DNA of 64,000 bases from Nannocystis bainbridge (GTDB lineage: Bacteria; Myxococcota_A; Polyangia; Nannocystales; Nannocystaceae): contig NZ_JAQNDL010000002.1 in assembly GCF_028368995.1 (NCBI RefSeq), positions 673,724 to 737,723 on the forward strand, written 5' to 3'. The number at the start of each line of letters is the position of its first letter. Position 1 is the stretch's first letter. The notes beneath the pieces were generated by a model. It was given only the letters and a program-made list of their open reading frames with translations. It was not told where the DNA came from and did not search any database. Shown here piece by piece: positions 53,929-63,892 of this stretch. A program made the translations under genes and the position numbers.

Positions 53929-55053
53929 TCAGCCGGGATCGAGGCCGACGCTCTTGACGATGGCGGTCATCGCGGGGCGGGCGGCGGCGAGGTCGTCGCG
54001 GGTCTTGATCGGGAGGAAGCGGGCGCGGTCGACTCGCAGGCAGGCGGTGCGGGCGAATTCGGTGATCTGGCCGATGAGCTGTTCGAACTGGATGACGGCG
54101 AGGTCGTCACGGCCGGGCCACTCGACGGCGCGCTCGACGGGGAACCAGGTGAGGGGGTAGGGGCGCTCGAGCGCGGCGAGGGAGATCCACAGGGTGTTGG
54201 TGTTGAAGTGCGGGTACTGGGCGAGAGAGGTGCCGGGAGGGAGGCGGAAGGACTCGATGATGGTGGCACGGCCGTCGAGGTCGGCGACGCAGCCGCCAGC
54301 GTCCTCGGGGGCGCGAGCGACGACCTCGACGCTGAGCTCGGCGCCGCCTTCGACGGCTTCGAGGTGAGCACCGAGGACGGTGGGGTCGAGGGAGGCGCCG
54401 AGGTTGTCGACGTTGGAGACGAGGAGGTGCTCGACGCCGCGGGCCCGCAGCTCGGCGACGATGCCGCTGTCGCGGACGCGCCGCAGGGTGTCGCCGTGGC
54501 CAGGGGCGGCGTAGACGGTGGTGTCCGGCAAGAGGTCGGCGCCGGGCAGGGTGACGAGCGGAGTGCCGTCGGGGAGGACGCGCGGCATGAGCGACTGCAA
54601 GAACTCGTGACGATCACGCTCGGGGATGCCCGACCAACCAAGGGTGGCGAGGTGATCGCGGGAGGCGGCAGCGGTGGCGAAGCTGTGCATGACGACCGCG
54701 GGGACACCAGCGGCGCGGACACCAGCGAGCTTGACGGCGAGGAAGGAGAGGTCGGGCCGGTCGGGCAAGACGGGGACGACGCCCTTGACGACGCCGCCGA
54801 ACCTCGTGGCCATGCCGCCGTTCAAGATCAGGGCGGCGACCTTGCGCGCAGCCAGAGCTGCCTCGCCGCGGGCCCGCCTGGCAGGGCGGGCGTGAGGCTC
54901 GTCGAGGTCGAGCAAGGCGTCGTCGCCGAGCGGGCGCGGCGGGGCAGGCAGGCGAGCGCGCGTGGGGCTGAGCTCGCCGCGGGCGAGGGCGCTGCGCAGC
55001 TGATCGAAGAGAGCAGCGTCGAAGGCGATGTCGGCGACCGAGGGGCGGAGCAT
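53929..55053 (-). CDS. UTP--glucose-1-phosphate uridylyltransferase (UDPGP family, eukaryotic-type)
   Basis: ILNGGMATRFGGVVKGV nucleotide-binding loop, VSNVDNLGA; 374 aa. Confidence 0.7.
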   Translation of the reverse strand: MLRPSVADIAFDAALFDQLRSALARGELSPTRARLPAPPRPLGDDALLDLDEPHARPARRARGEAALAARKVAALILNGGMATRFGGVVKGVVPVLPDRPDLSFLAVKLAGVRAAGVPAVVMHSFATAAASRDHLATLGWSGIPERDRHEFLQSLMPRVLPDGTPLVTLPGADLLPDTTVYAAPGHGDTLRRVRDSGIVAELRARGVEHLLVSNVDNLGASLDPTVLGAHLEAVEGGAELSVEVVARAPEDAGGCVADLDGRATIIESFRLPPGTSLAQYPHFNTNTLWISLAALERPYPLTWFPVERAVEWPGRDDLAVIQFEQLIGQITEFARTACLRVDRARFLPIKTRDDLAAARPAMTAIVKSVGLDPG

Positions 55054-55333
55054 GTCGCGCTGGTCTTACTCCACGTCCGGCATGAGGTCGAACCGAGGGC
55101 CGCGAAACGCCCGCACGCGCGCGGTCCAGGCGGCTGGTCGGCGCCGGCCCGCCGAGGTGCGCAAGTCCCTGCGGAACCACCGCGAGCGTGGGAGCCAGAT
55201 ACGCCTCGCGGTCGAACGCGGGCCGTGACGCGCGTCGGTGAGGGGGCTCGGTGCTCGAGTTTCGCGGTGACGCGCGTCGGTGAGGTCGCTCGGCGAGAGC
55301 GCGCCCCTTCGTGATCGACGCGCAGGTCGGGGC

Positions 55334-56428
55334 TCAGAGGCGACCGACGGAGCGCGCCCAGGCGACGGTGTGCTCGAGGCCCTTGGCGAGCGGCCACTGC
55401 GGCGCGTACTCGAGCTCGCGCACGGCCCGGCTGTCGTCGCACCACCAGCCGGGAGCCATGCTGCCGCGCGCCTTGTCGAGGGTCAGCGCGGGGGCCTTGC
55501 CGCGCAGGCGACCGATGGCGTGGTTGATGCCGGCGACGGTCCACACGGCGACCTGCGGCATCGGCAGGGCGAGGGCGCGGCGACCGAGCGCGGCGGCGGC
55601 GGCCCGCCCGAAGTCGACGACGGTGCTGCGCTGGCCGTCGGTCAGGTAGTAGATGCCGGCGCCGGTGGGGTGCGAGCTGTCCTCGGGGACATGGTCGAAG
55701 GGGCTGCCGTGATCGGCGAGCACGTGGTCGCCCTGGCGGGGGATCGGGATGCCGCGAGCGCCGGCGCGGGCGATGCCGTCGACGAGGTCGAAGGCGTGGA
55801 TGAAGGACATCCACGTGGATCGCATGCCGGGCTGGGCGATCACCCCGAACTTGGCGGAGCGGATCATCTGCAGCATGTCGAGGTCGCGCGGGCCGTAGAC
55901 GGCGGGCGGACGCACGATCACGGCCTCGACGTCGCCGGCGCGCGCGGCCGCGAAGATCAGCCGCTCGCCGTCGAGCTTGCTGTCGCCGTAGAGCGTGTAG
56001 CCGACGCGCGGGGCGTGGTGCTCGCGCCGCGCGACCTCGGGGTGCGAGGGGCCGGCGGCCATCAGCGAGGAGACGTAGACGAGCCGCCGCGGCCGTCGTG
56101 GGGCCTGACGGATCGCCGCGAGCACGTTGTCGACCCCGGCGGCGTTCGCCAGCGCGAACTGCTCGCGCGTGAACGCGGCGGTCAGACCGGCCACGTGATA
56201 GACGACCTCGGCGCCGTCGAACGCGGCGGCCATGGCTTCGACGTCCGTCAGCGAGGCGCGCACGAGCTCGGGTCGCGCGTCTGTCCGCGCGAGCGCGTCG
56301 GCGAGGTTGTCGAGGTTGGCGCTGGCGCGGACCATCGCTCGCACCGCGTCGCCGCCCGCGAGCAAGCGATCGACGAGGTGGCTGCCGATGAACCCGTTGG
56401 CCCCGGTGACGACGACCTTCGTGGGCAC
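55334..56428 (-). CDS. NAD-dependent epimerase/dehydratase
   Basis: VVVTGANGFIGSHLV Rossmann motif, YxxxK (YGDSK); internal repeat-derived segment at 55678..55700 (HVPEDSS). Confidence 0.75.
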   Translation of the reverse strand: MPTKVVVTGANGFIGSHLVDRLLAGGDAVRAMVRASANLDNLADALARTDARPELVRASLTDVEAMAAAFDGAEVVYHVAGLTAAFTREQFALANAAGVDNVLAAIRQAPRRPRRLVYVSSLMAAGPSHPEVARREHHAPRVGYTLYGDSKLDGERLIFAAARAGDVEAVIVRPPAVYGPRDLDMLQMIRSAKFGVIAQPGMRSTWMSFIHAFDLVDGIARAGARGIPIPRQGDHVLADHGSPFDHVPEDSSHPTGAGIYYLTDGQRSTVVDFGRAAAAALGRRALALPMPQVAVWTVAGINHAIGRLRGKAPALTLDKARGSMAPGWWCDDSRAVRELEYAPQWPLAKGLEHTVAWARSVGRL

Positions 56429-56838
56429 GATGCGGGGGGATTACCGGGCGCGCGCCGCTTCCGTCAAGGCTGTGACGTCGCACTCGCGAAGCCTCGATCG
56501 CGGTCTTGTGTCCGCGTGACATTCAGCCAGTGTGCGACGCATTTCGCAGTCCACACGCGAGCGCGAGCGCGAACCGGCCGTCGAGGTCGGTGGCAGGTCA
56601 CCGAGATTGTTGCACTCGAGATTAACTACCAGCGGCCGATGCAGCCGCATGCGGGCGCCTCACGGCGCATCATTTTATGCATCGGTTTAAATAGTTCGGC
56701 GATAAGGCCAGCGCGTCGCAATCTGCAACACGTGAAGCTACGCATCAGCGCGCGCTGCACGTGGATCCGCATGCGATGAAGAACAAAATTTCCGTGACAG
56801 CCGCGATACTTTCGCTGTAACTACGCCCGGGCCTCGAT

Positions 56839-58113
56839 ATGCCGGGGAGTACCGTAATGGGCCGCGAAGCCGAGCACAGTTTGGCCGACTTCTACTTCTC
56901 GGACAGCGACGATCCGCTCTGTCCGCCCGAGGGCTTCGTGCAGTGGGCCGAGGCCGGCTCGTGGGCGATGTCGATGTACGAACCCCACATGCTGGGGGCC
57001 GTCGCACCGCGCATGGCCATCGAGCGCGCCGGGGTTCGCAGCGACGTCATCAACCTCAGCTCGTACAACTACCTCGGGCTGGCGACCCACCCGGAGGTCG
57101 TCGAGGCGGCGCAGGAGGCCCTGCGCACCTACGGCACCGGCGCGTGCGGCTCGCCGCTGCTGTCGGGCCTGTCGGACCTGCACCGCGGGCTCGAGCAGGA
57201 GCTCGCGGCGTTCCTCGGCCAGGAGGACTGCATCCTCTTCAACAGCGGCTTCGCCGGCGGCATGGGCACGCTGGCGGGCGTGCTGCGCAAGGGCGACGTG
57301 GCGATCCTCGACGCCAAGACGCACCTTTGCTCGATCGACGGCGCCAAGCTGGCGCGCGCCAAGCTGGTGTTCTTCGACCACAACGATCCCGACTCGCTGG
57401 ACCAGGCGCTGAAGGACAGCGAGGGTCAGCGCCGGCTGGTGGTGGTCGAGGGCGTGTACTCGATGGACGGCGACACCGCCGATCTGCCGAAGCTCCTGCC
57501 GGTGGCCGAGAAGCACGGCGTCGGCGTGCTGATCGACGAGGCCCACTCGATCCTCGTGTACGGCGCGAACGGCCGCGGGGTCGTCGAGCACTACGGCGCC
57601 GAGAAGTCGATCGGCCTGCAGTTCGCGACCTTCAGCAAGGCGTTCGCCGGCTGCGGCGGCTTCACCGTCGGGCCGCGCTCGCTGCTGCACTACATGCGCT
57701 ACTACATCAACGCCTACGGCTTCAGCTGCGCGCTGCCGCCGTCGGTGGTGGCCGGGCTGCGCAAGGCGCTCGAGGTGGCGACCCGCGACAATTCGCTGCG
57801 CGAGACGCTGTGGGCCAACACCCGCTACTTCCGCGAGAAGGCGCTGCAGATCGGCCTCGACCTCGGGCATGGCTCGAGTCAGGTGGTGCCGATCATGGTC
57901 GGATCGGATCGCCGCCGGCTGTATGAGTTGACGCGCACGCTGCACCGCCGCGGGCTGTTCCTCGCGCCGGTCGACTACCCCTCGGTGCCCGAGGACGGGC
58001 TGCGCTTCCGCGTCGCGATCACGGCCGCGCATACGCGCGCCGATCTCGACCGCGCGCTCGAGATCCTCGAGGATACGATCATCCGCGGCCGCGTCGACGA
58101 GGCGGTCGAGTGA
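56839..58113 (+). CDS. alpha-oxoamine synthase family PLP enzyme (serine palmitoyltransferase / 8-amino-7-oxononanoate synthase-like)
   Basis: SSYNYLGL substrate motif, PLP-lysine region ATFSKAFAGCGGF, DEAHS; 424 aa; first gene after an AT-richer about 400-bp promoter region. Confidence 0.75.
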   Translation: MPGSTVMGREAEHSLADFYFSDSDDPLCPPEGFVQWAEAGSWAMSMYEPHMLGAVAPRMAIERAGVRSDVINLSSYNYLGLATHPEVVEAAQEALRTYGTGACGSPLLSGLSDLHRGLEQELAAFLGQEDCILFNSGFAGGMGTLAGVLRKGDVAILDAKTHLCSIDGAKLARAKLVFFDHNDPDSLDQALKDSEGQRRLVVVEGVYSMDGDTADLPKLLPVAEKHGVGVLIDEAHSILVYGANGRGVVEHYGAEKSIGLQFATFSKAFAGCGGFTVGPRSLLHYMRYYINAYGFSCALPPSVVAGLRKALEVATRDNSLRETLWANTRYFREKALQIGLDLGHGSSQVVPIMVGSDRRRLYELTRTLHRRGLFLAPVDYPSVPEDGLRFRVAITAAHTRADLDRALEILEDTIIRGRVDEAVE

Positions 58114-58138
58114 GCGGGACAGGGGAGGGGGCACGACG

Positions 58139-59146
58139 ATGACGACGCTGGTGTTCATGTTCCCAGGGCAGAGCTCGCGCTACCCGGGGATGCTCGGCAA
58201 GCTGGCCCGGCTGCATCGCCGCGCGGCCGAGGTGCTGGCGGTCTGCAGCGACGTGCTCGGCCGCGATCTCGGCGCCCACACCAGCGAGGACAACCCGACC
58301 GCGTTCGACCGCAACGTCGACGTCCAGGTCGGCGTGTTCGTCGCCAACCACATGATGCTCAGCGCGCTGCAGGCCGAGGGCGTCGACGCCGAGCTGTCGC
58401 TGGGGCTGTCGCTCGGCGAGTACAACCACCTCGTGCACATCGGCGCGCTCGAGCTGCCGGAGGCGCTGCGCCTGGTCCAGGCCCGCGGCGAGGCCTACGA
58501 CGCCGGCCCGCGCGGCATGATGGCCTCGGTCCAGCCGCTCGACCTCGAGACGCTCGAAGAGGTCGTCGAGCAGATCCGCGGCCAGGGCCTCGGGGTGCTC
58601 GAGATCGTCAACCTCAACTCGCCGAAGCAGCACGTGCTGTCGGGCGAGGCCGCCGCGGTCGAGGCCGCGGTCGCGCTGCTTGAGGACGAGCATTACGTGG
58701 TGCCGACGATCATCGAGCGCCAGGTGCCGATGCACTCGTCGCTGTTCGAGCCGGTCGGCGCGGCCATGCGGCCGTACCTGCAGCGCGCGCGCTTCAAGGC
58801 GCCGCGGCTGCCGTATCTTCCCAACCGCCGCGGCGAGCTCGTGCCGACGCCGACGCCCGCCGACTTCGTCGAGCTGCTGGCGGCGCACGTGCACACGCCG
58901 GTGCTGTGGCGCAAGTCGATCGACCGCGTGGCCGAGCGTCACCCGGGCGCGGTGTTCGTCGAGGTCGGCCCGCGCCAGGTGCTGCACAACCTGCTCGACC
59001 GCAAGTGGTCGACGCGGCCCAAGTACGCGACCGACAGCCGCGACGACGTCGCCGAGCACCTCGCCGGCGTGCTCGCGGCGCTGCGCCAGCACCTGCCGCC
59101 GACGACCCGCAAGGACAAGGCCCGGGAGGCGTCGTGGACCAGCTGA
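58139..59146 (+). CDS. malonyl-CoA:ACP transacylase-like acyltransferase (FabD family)
   Basis: FPGQSS, GLSLGEY (GxSxG), NSPKQHVLSG, catalytic His in VPMHSSLFEP. Confidence 0.75.
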   Translation: MTTLVFMFPGQSSRYPGMLGKLARLHRRAAEVLAVCSDVLGRDLGAHTSEDNPTAFDRNVDVQVGVFVANHMMLSALQAEGVDAELSLGLSLGEYNHLVHIGALELPEALRLVQARGEAYDAGPRGMMASVQPLDLETLEEVVEQIRGQGLGVLEIVNLNSPKQHVLSGEAAAVEAAVALLEDEHYVVPTIIERQVPMHSSLFEPVGAAMRPYLQRARFKAPRLPYLPNRRGELVPTPTPADFVELLAAHVHTPVLWRKSIDRVAERHPGAVFVEVGPRQVLHNLLDRKWSTRPKYATDSRDDVAEHLAGVLAALRQHLPPTTRKDKAREASWTS

Positions 59147-59688
59147 GCGGCCTCGACGCGCTGGTCAAGCAGCACCGCCGCCGGCCCGTGTTCGTGCCCG
59201 GAGAGGCCAGCACGCGGGTCGAGTTCGGGCGGGCTGCGATCGAGCGCATGCTGCCGCACCGCGATCCGTTCCTGTTCGTCGACGCGATCGACGCCGTCGA
59301 GCTGCCGCGCACGCCTGAGGCGCCGGGCATGATCCGCGGCGCGCGGACGATCGACGCCGCCGACCCGGTGTTCGCCGGTCACTTCCCCGGCGACCCGGTG
59401 TACCCGGGCGTGCTGCTGGTCGAGGCGATCGGGCAGCTCGGGATCTGTCTCCTCCACCTCATGGCCAAAGGGACAGCCAGCATCGACGCCGCGGACACGC
59501 CCGCGCGCCTGCGGCTGCTCAAGGTCCACCACGCCCTGTTTCAGGGCGGCGTCCGCCCGGGCGAGCGGCTGACGCTGCTCGCCCGCTCCCTCGAGCACAG
59601 CGACTACGTCTCGACCTGCGTCGGCCAAGCCCTCCGCGGCGAGGAGGTCCAGGCCCTCGCGGTGTTCGAGGTCTACTTGATGGACTGA
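59143..59688 (+). CDS. FabZ/FabA-like 3-hydroxyacyl-ACP dehydratase (hotdog fold)
   Basis: GTGA overlap with upstream stop; LPHRDPFLFVD ... GHFPGDPVYPGVLLVEAIGQ hotdog dehydratase signature. Confidence 0.6.
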   Translation: MSGLDALVKQHRRRPVFVPGEASTRVEFGRAAIERMLPHRDPFLFVDAIDAVELPRTPEAPGMIRGARTIDAADPVFAGHFPGDPVYPGVLLVEAIGQLGICLLHLMAKGTASIDAADTPARLRLLKVHHALFQGGVRPGERLTLLARSLEHSDYVSTCVGQALRGEEVQALAVFEVYLMD

Positions 59689-59707
59689 TCCCCCCAGAAG
59701 AGCACGC

Positions 59708-61018
59708 ATGGTCTCATCGCAGGCACAATCGCCCCGCCGCGTGGTCATCACCGGCCTCGGCATCAACACGCCGCTCGGCGACGATCTCGACACGTTCTAC
59801 GCCAACCTCGTGGCCGGCAAGTCGGCGATCACGCGCTGGAAGTGGCACAACAACGAAGGCGTCTACTCGAAGATCGGCGGCGATCTCTCGCAGTACGACG
59901 TCAAGGCCAAGCTCGAGCGCATGCGCGGCGTGCTTCCGGCCGAGGTGCACAAGCGGGCCCGCCAGCTGTGCAACAAGGCGCCGTTCTCGACGTCGCTGTC
60001 GGTGCTGTGCGCGGCCGATGCCTGGCGCGATGCCGGCATGGTCGAGGTCGCGGACCCGACCCGCTGCGCGGTGCTGGTCGGCGGTCACAACCTCAACGAG
60101 CGCTACTTCGCCGACAACTACGTCACCTTCCAGACGGAAGACCCCGACTACATCGACTCGATGGCGGCGCTGCACATGCTCGACACCGACCACGCCGGTT
60201 CGGTGAGCGAGATGCTGGGCTGGAAGGGCGCCTGCTATACGCTCGGAGGCGCGTGCGCCAGCGCCAACGTGGCCCTGCGCAACGCGATCGACGAGATCCG
60301 CCACCACGACCACGACATGGCGATGGTGGTCGGCGCGGTGCTCGACTTCTCGCAGATGGGCGTGCACGCGATGGCGCTGCTCGGCGCCATCACCTTCGAG
60401 AGCTTCAACGACACGCCCGAGCTGGCCAGCCGGCCGTACGACTCGCGGCGCGAGGGCTTCGTGCCGTCGCACGGCGCCGGCGCGCTGGTGCTCGAGGAGC
60501 TCGGCCACGCGCTGAAGCGCGGGGCGACGATCTACGCCGAGGTGCTCGGCTGCACCTCGAGCTCCGACGGCTGCCACTTGCCGTCGCCATCGACCGAGGG
60601 CCAGGCGCGCACGATCGAGCGGCTGCTGCGGCGCGCGCAGGTGCGGCCCGACGAGATCGATTTCGTCAGCGCCCACGCGACCAGCACGCCGCTCGGCGAC
60701 CTGTCCGAGCTCAACGCGATCCGCAAGGTGTTCGGCGCCCACGCCAAGAAGCTCAAGATCAACGCGCCGAAGTCGATGCTCGGCCACACCTGCTGGTCGG
60801 CGCCGGCGGTCGAGACCGTCGCGGCGATGCTGCAGATGCGCGGCGGGGTGCTGCACCCGTCGATCAACATCGACCAGCTCGACCCCGAGGTCGACGTCGA
60901 CGTGTGCGCCAACCAGGCCGTCGAGCATCGCATCGAGCTCATGGTCAAGAACTCGTTCGGCTTCGGCGGCCTCAATTGCTGCGCGCTGTACCGTCGGTGG
61001 GATCCGAACGCCCTGTGA
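59708..61018 (+). CDS. beta-ketoacyl-ACP synthase (KAS I/II-like), active-site Cys retained
   Basis: VVITGLGINTPLG, active-site region GACYTLGGACASANVA (Cys present, so not a KS0 decarboxylase), HxxxT and GHTxxxAG-like motifs (HATSTPLGD, GHTCWSAPA). Confidence 0.85.
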   Translation: MVSSQAQSPRRVVITGLGINTPLGDDLDTFYANLVAGKSAITRWKWHNNEGVYSKIGGDLSQYDVKAKLERMRGVLPAEVHKRARQLCNKAPFSTSLSVLCAADAWRDAGMVEVADPTRCAVLVGGHNLNERYFADNYVTFQTEDPDYIDSMAALHMLDTDHAGSVSEMLGWKGACYTLGGACASANVALRNAIDEIRHHDHDMAMVVGAVLDFSQMGVHAMALLGAITFESFNDTPELASRPYDSRREGFVPSHGAGALVLEELGHALKRGATIYAEVLGCTSSSDGCHLPSPSTEGQARTIERLLRRAQVRPDEIDFVSAHATSTPLGDLSELNAIRKVFGAHAKKLKINAPKSMLGHTCWSAPAVETVAAMLQMRGGVLHPSINIDQLDPEVDVDVCANQAVEHRIELMVKNSFGFGGLNCCALYRRWDPNAL

Positions 61019-61026
61019 GCCGCGCC

Positions 61027-61770
61027 ATGAACTTCTTCGTCACCGGGGGTTCGCGGGGGATCGGCGCGGGGATCGTGCTCGAGGCGGTGCGCGCCGGCCA
61101 CGACGTGGCGTTCGCGTACCGCAGCAACGACGAGGCCGCGCGCAAGATCGAGGCCGAGGCGGCGGCGATCCGACCGGGCGCCAGGTGCAAGGGCTACGCG
61201 CTCGACGTGAGCCGCTCCGACAAGGTCGGCGAGGTCGCCGACGCGGTGCTCGACGACTTCGACAGCATCGAGGTGATCGTCAACTGCGCCGGCATCAACC
61301 GCGCCAATCTCGTGGTGTCCATGTCCGACGAGGAGTGGCACGACGTGCTGGCGACCAACCTGCACGGGCCGTTCTACGTCGTGCGGGCGTTCCTGCCGTC
61401 GATGCTGGCGGCGCGGTTCGGCCGGATCGTCAACATCTCGTCGATCCAGCACAACGGCGCGGCCGGGCAGGCCAACTACGCCGCCAGCAAGGCCGGCCTG
61501 CACGGCTTCACCCAGGCGCTCGCCAAGGAGTACGGGCGCAAGGGCATCACCGCCAACGTGGTCGTGCCGGGCTTCTTCGACACCGACATGACGCGCGAGA
61601 CGATGCCGCAGGCCGCCAAGGACTACTGGCAGCAGTACTGCCCGATGCCGAAGGGCCGCATGGGCACGCTGGCCGAGCTGGCCGCGGCGGTGCTGTTTTT
61701 GGCCACGGGCGGCAGCTTCATCAACGGTCAGGTCGTGCCCGTCACCGGCGGCCTCGACTGGACGTACTGA
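61027..61770 (+). CDS. 3-oxoacyl-ACP reductase (SDR, FabG-like)
   Basis: TGGSRGIG, NCAG, catalytic YAASKAG, 247 aa. Confidence 0.85.
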   Translation: MNFFVTGGSRGIGAGIVLEAVRAGHDVAFAYRSNDEAARKIEAEAAAIRPGARCKGYALDVSRSDKVGEVADAVLDDFDSIEVIVNCAGINRANLVVSMSDEEWHDVLATNLHGPFYVVRAFLPSMLAARFGRIVNISSIQHNGAAGQANYAASKAGLHGFTQALAKEYGRKGITANVVVPGFFDTDMTRETMPQAAKDYWQQYCPMPKGRMGTLAELAAAVLFLATGGSFINGQVVPVTGGLDWTY

Positions 61771-61783
61771 GGGGAGGACGGCG

Positions 61784-63025
61784 ATGGCGCACCACCGGCC
61801 GCGCGTCGGCATCGAGCGGATCACGGCCTACCCGTGCACGCTCTCGCTCGACATGAAGCTGCTCGCAGAGGCGCGTGATCACGATCCGCGCCACCCGCTC
61901 GACGAGCTGTGGGTCCGCGAGCGCTCGCTCAACCCCACGTGGGAGGATCCGGTGACGATGGCGGTGAACGCCGCGCTGCAGATCGTCACGCCCGAGGACC
62001 GCAAGGACATCGAGCTCGTGATCGTCGGCACCGAGTCGTCGGTCGACTTCGGCAAGCCGATCTCGACCTACGTGCAGCGCTACTGCGGCCTCACCGCGAA
62101 CTGCCGCAACTTCGAGACCAAGCACGCCTGCTACGGCGGCACCGGCGGGCTGATGATGGCGGCCCACTGGGTCGCGTCGGGCGCGGCGCCCGGCAAGAAG
62201 GCGCTGGTGGTCTGCACCGATCAGAGCCGCGTGCACCTCGGCCAGCCGTGGGAGTACGTGCTCGGCGCGGCGGCGTCGGCGATGCTGGTCAGCGCCCAGC
62301 CGGACGTGCTCGAGATCGACCTCGACACCTGCGGCTACTGGACGCAGGAGATCTTCGACACCTACCGGCCGACTTCGACCAAGGAAGTCGGCCACGCGGA
62401 CACCAGCCTGTACGGCTACCTCGACGCGCTCGAGGGCGCGTACGACCACTTCGTCGCCCGCTCGGGCATGGTCGACTACGACGCCGAGTTCGCCCGCCAC
62501 ATCTATCACGTGCCGTTCGGCGGCATGACCTTCCGCGCCCACCGGGCGCTGCTGCGCCGCGGCCCGCACGAGATGGCGCTGCGCGAGGCCAGGGCCCACT
62601 TCGAGCGCAAGTCGAAGCAGGCGCTGCGCTACAACTCGCGCTTCGGCGGCACGTACACCTCGGCGACCTTCATCGCCATGCTCGGCCTCCTCGACGCCGA
62701 CCCCGAGCTGCGCGCCGGTGACAAGGTCTCGGTGTTCTCCTACGGCTCGGGCTCGTGCGCCGAGTTCTACCGCACGACCGTCGGCGAGCGCGCGCGCGAG
62801 CAGGTCGCCAGCCAGCAGCTCGCCGCCGGCCTCGATCGCCGGATGCCGCTGACGATCGCCGAGTACGAGGATCTCGAGCACCAGCGCGCCGGCTACATCG
62901 ACCAGAGCGACTACGAGGTCGACCAGTCGGGCCTGCGCGGGCTGTACGAGCGCGCCTACGCCGGCAAGGGCCGCCTCGTGCTCGACGCGGTGCGCGGCTT
63001 CCAGCGGGAGTACCGCCTGTCCTGA
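61784..63025 (+). CDS. hydroxymethylglutaryl-CoA synthase family (polyketide beta-branching HMGS, PksG/TaC-like)
   Basis: 413 aa; HMGS catalytic triad regions GTESSVDFGKP, CYGGTGGL, FIYHVPFGGMTF (His), YGSGS; followed by two ECH genes as in beta-branching cassettes. Confidence 0.8.
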   Translation: MAHHRPRVGIERITAYPCTLSLDMKLLAEARDHDPRHPLDELWVRERSLNPTWEDPVTMAVNAALQIVTPEDRKDIELVIVGTESSVDFGKPISTYVQRYCGLTANCRNFETKHACYGGTGGLMMAAHWVASGAAPGKKALVVCTDQSRVHLGQPWEYVLGAAASAMLVSAQPDVLEIDLDTCGYWTQEIFDTYRPTSTKEVGHADTSLYGYLDALEGAYDHFVARSGMVDYDAEFARHIYHVPFGGMTFRAHRALLRRGPHEMALREARAHFERKSKQALRYNSRFGGTYTSATFIAMLGLLDADPELRAGDKVSVFSYGSGSCAEFYRTTVGERAREQVASQQLAAGLDRRMPLTIAEYEDLEHQRAGYIDQSDYEVDQSGLRGLYERAYAGKGRLVLDAVRGFQREYRLS

Positions 63026-63136
63026 GGGACCGATCCATGCTGCGCACGTGCCCCGTCACACCGCCCGCGCCGCCCTTCGGCGACGCGCGGACGGATCGCT
63101 CGTCCCCCCGCCACCATCCTGCGGAGATCTGAGCCG

Positions 63137-63892
63137 ATGCGCGTCCGCTGCGAAGAGGGCGAGCTGATCCGGCGACTGTTCCTCAGGACAGGTCCTGGAG
63201 GACATGTCGCTTTGGACACCGACGGGATCGCCGCGCTGGCCGAGGCGGTCGAGCGCGCGGTCACCTTCCCGGCGCGCGCGCTGGTGATCGCCAGCGAGGG
63301 CCCGGAGTTCTGCGCAGGCATGGACCTGGCGGCGGCGCTGAAGACCCCGCCGGCGCAGATGCGGGCGGCGATGGAGCGGTTCGCCGGCTGCCTCGAGCTG
63401 CTGGCGAGCGCGCCGGTGGTGACGATCGCGGTGGTCGGCGGCCCGGCCAGCGGCGGCGGCGTCGGTCTGGCGGCCGCCTGCGATCTGGTGGTGGCGGCAA
63501 AGACGGCCACGTTCGCGCTGCCGGAGCTGCGCTACGGGCTGGTGCCGGCGGTCATCTTGCCGGCCCTCGAGGCCCGGATCGGCGCGCGGCGGATCCGGAG
63601 GTTAGCGCTCACCGGTGAGCTGGTGTCGGCGGCCCAGGCCGAGCCGTGGGGCCTCGTCGACGTCGTCACCGACGATCCCGACGCGGCCCTGCGCGGGCTC
63701 CTGCGATCGCTCTTGCGGGCGCGGCCGCAGGCGGTGGCGACCCTCAAGCGCATCACCGGGCCGGCGGGGCAGGGCGGGGTGGCCCAGACCGCGGCCGACC
63801 TCGAGGACCCCGAGCTGCGCGCGGCGCTGGCGGCCCTGCTGGCCGACGGGCAGGCGCCGCCGTGGTTCGCCAGGCTGAAAGGACAGGAATGA
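63137..63892 (+). CDS. enoyl-CoA hydratase/isomerase (crotonase) family, ECH1-like dehydratase of HMGS cassette
   Basis: Crotonase oxyanion motifs FCAGMDL and GGPASGGG; first about 25 codons coincide with a copy of the palindromic repeat so true start may be downstream. Confidence 0.6.
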   Translation: MRVRCEEGELIRRLFLRTGPGGHVALDTDGIAALAEAVERAVTFPARALVIASEGPEFCAGMDLAAALKTPPAQMRAAMERFAGCLELLASAPVVTIAVVGGPASGGGVGLAAACDLVVAAKTATFALPELRYGLVPAVILPALEARIGARRIRRLALTGELVSAAQAEPWGLVDVVTDDPDAALRGLLRSLLRARPQAVATLKRITGPAGQGGVAQTAADLEDPELRAALAALLADGQAPPWFARLKGQE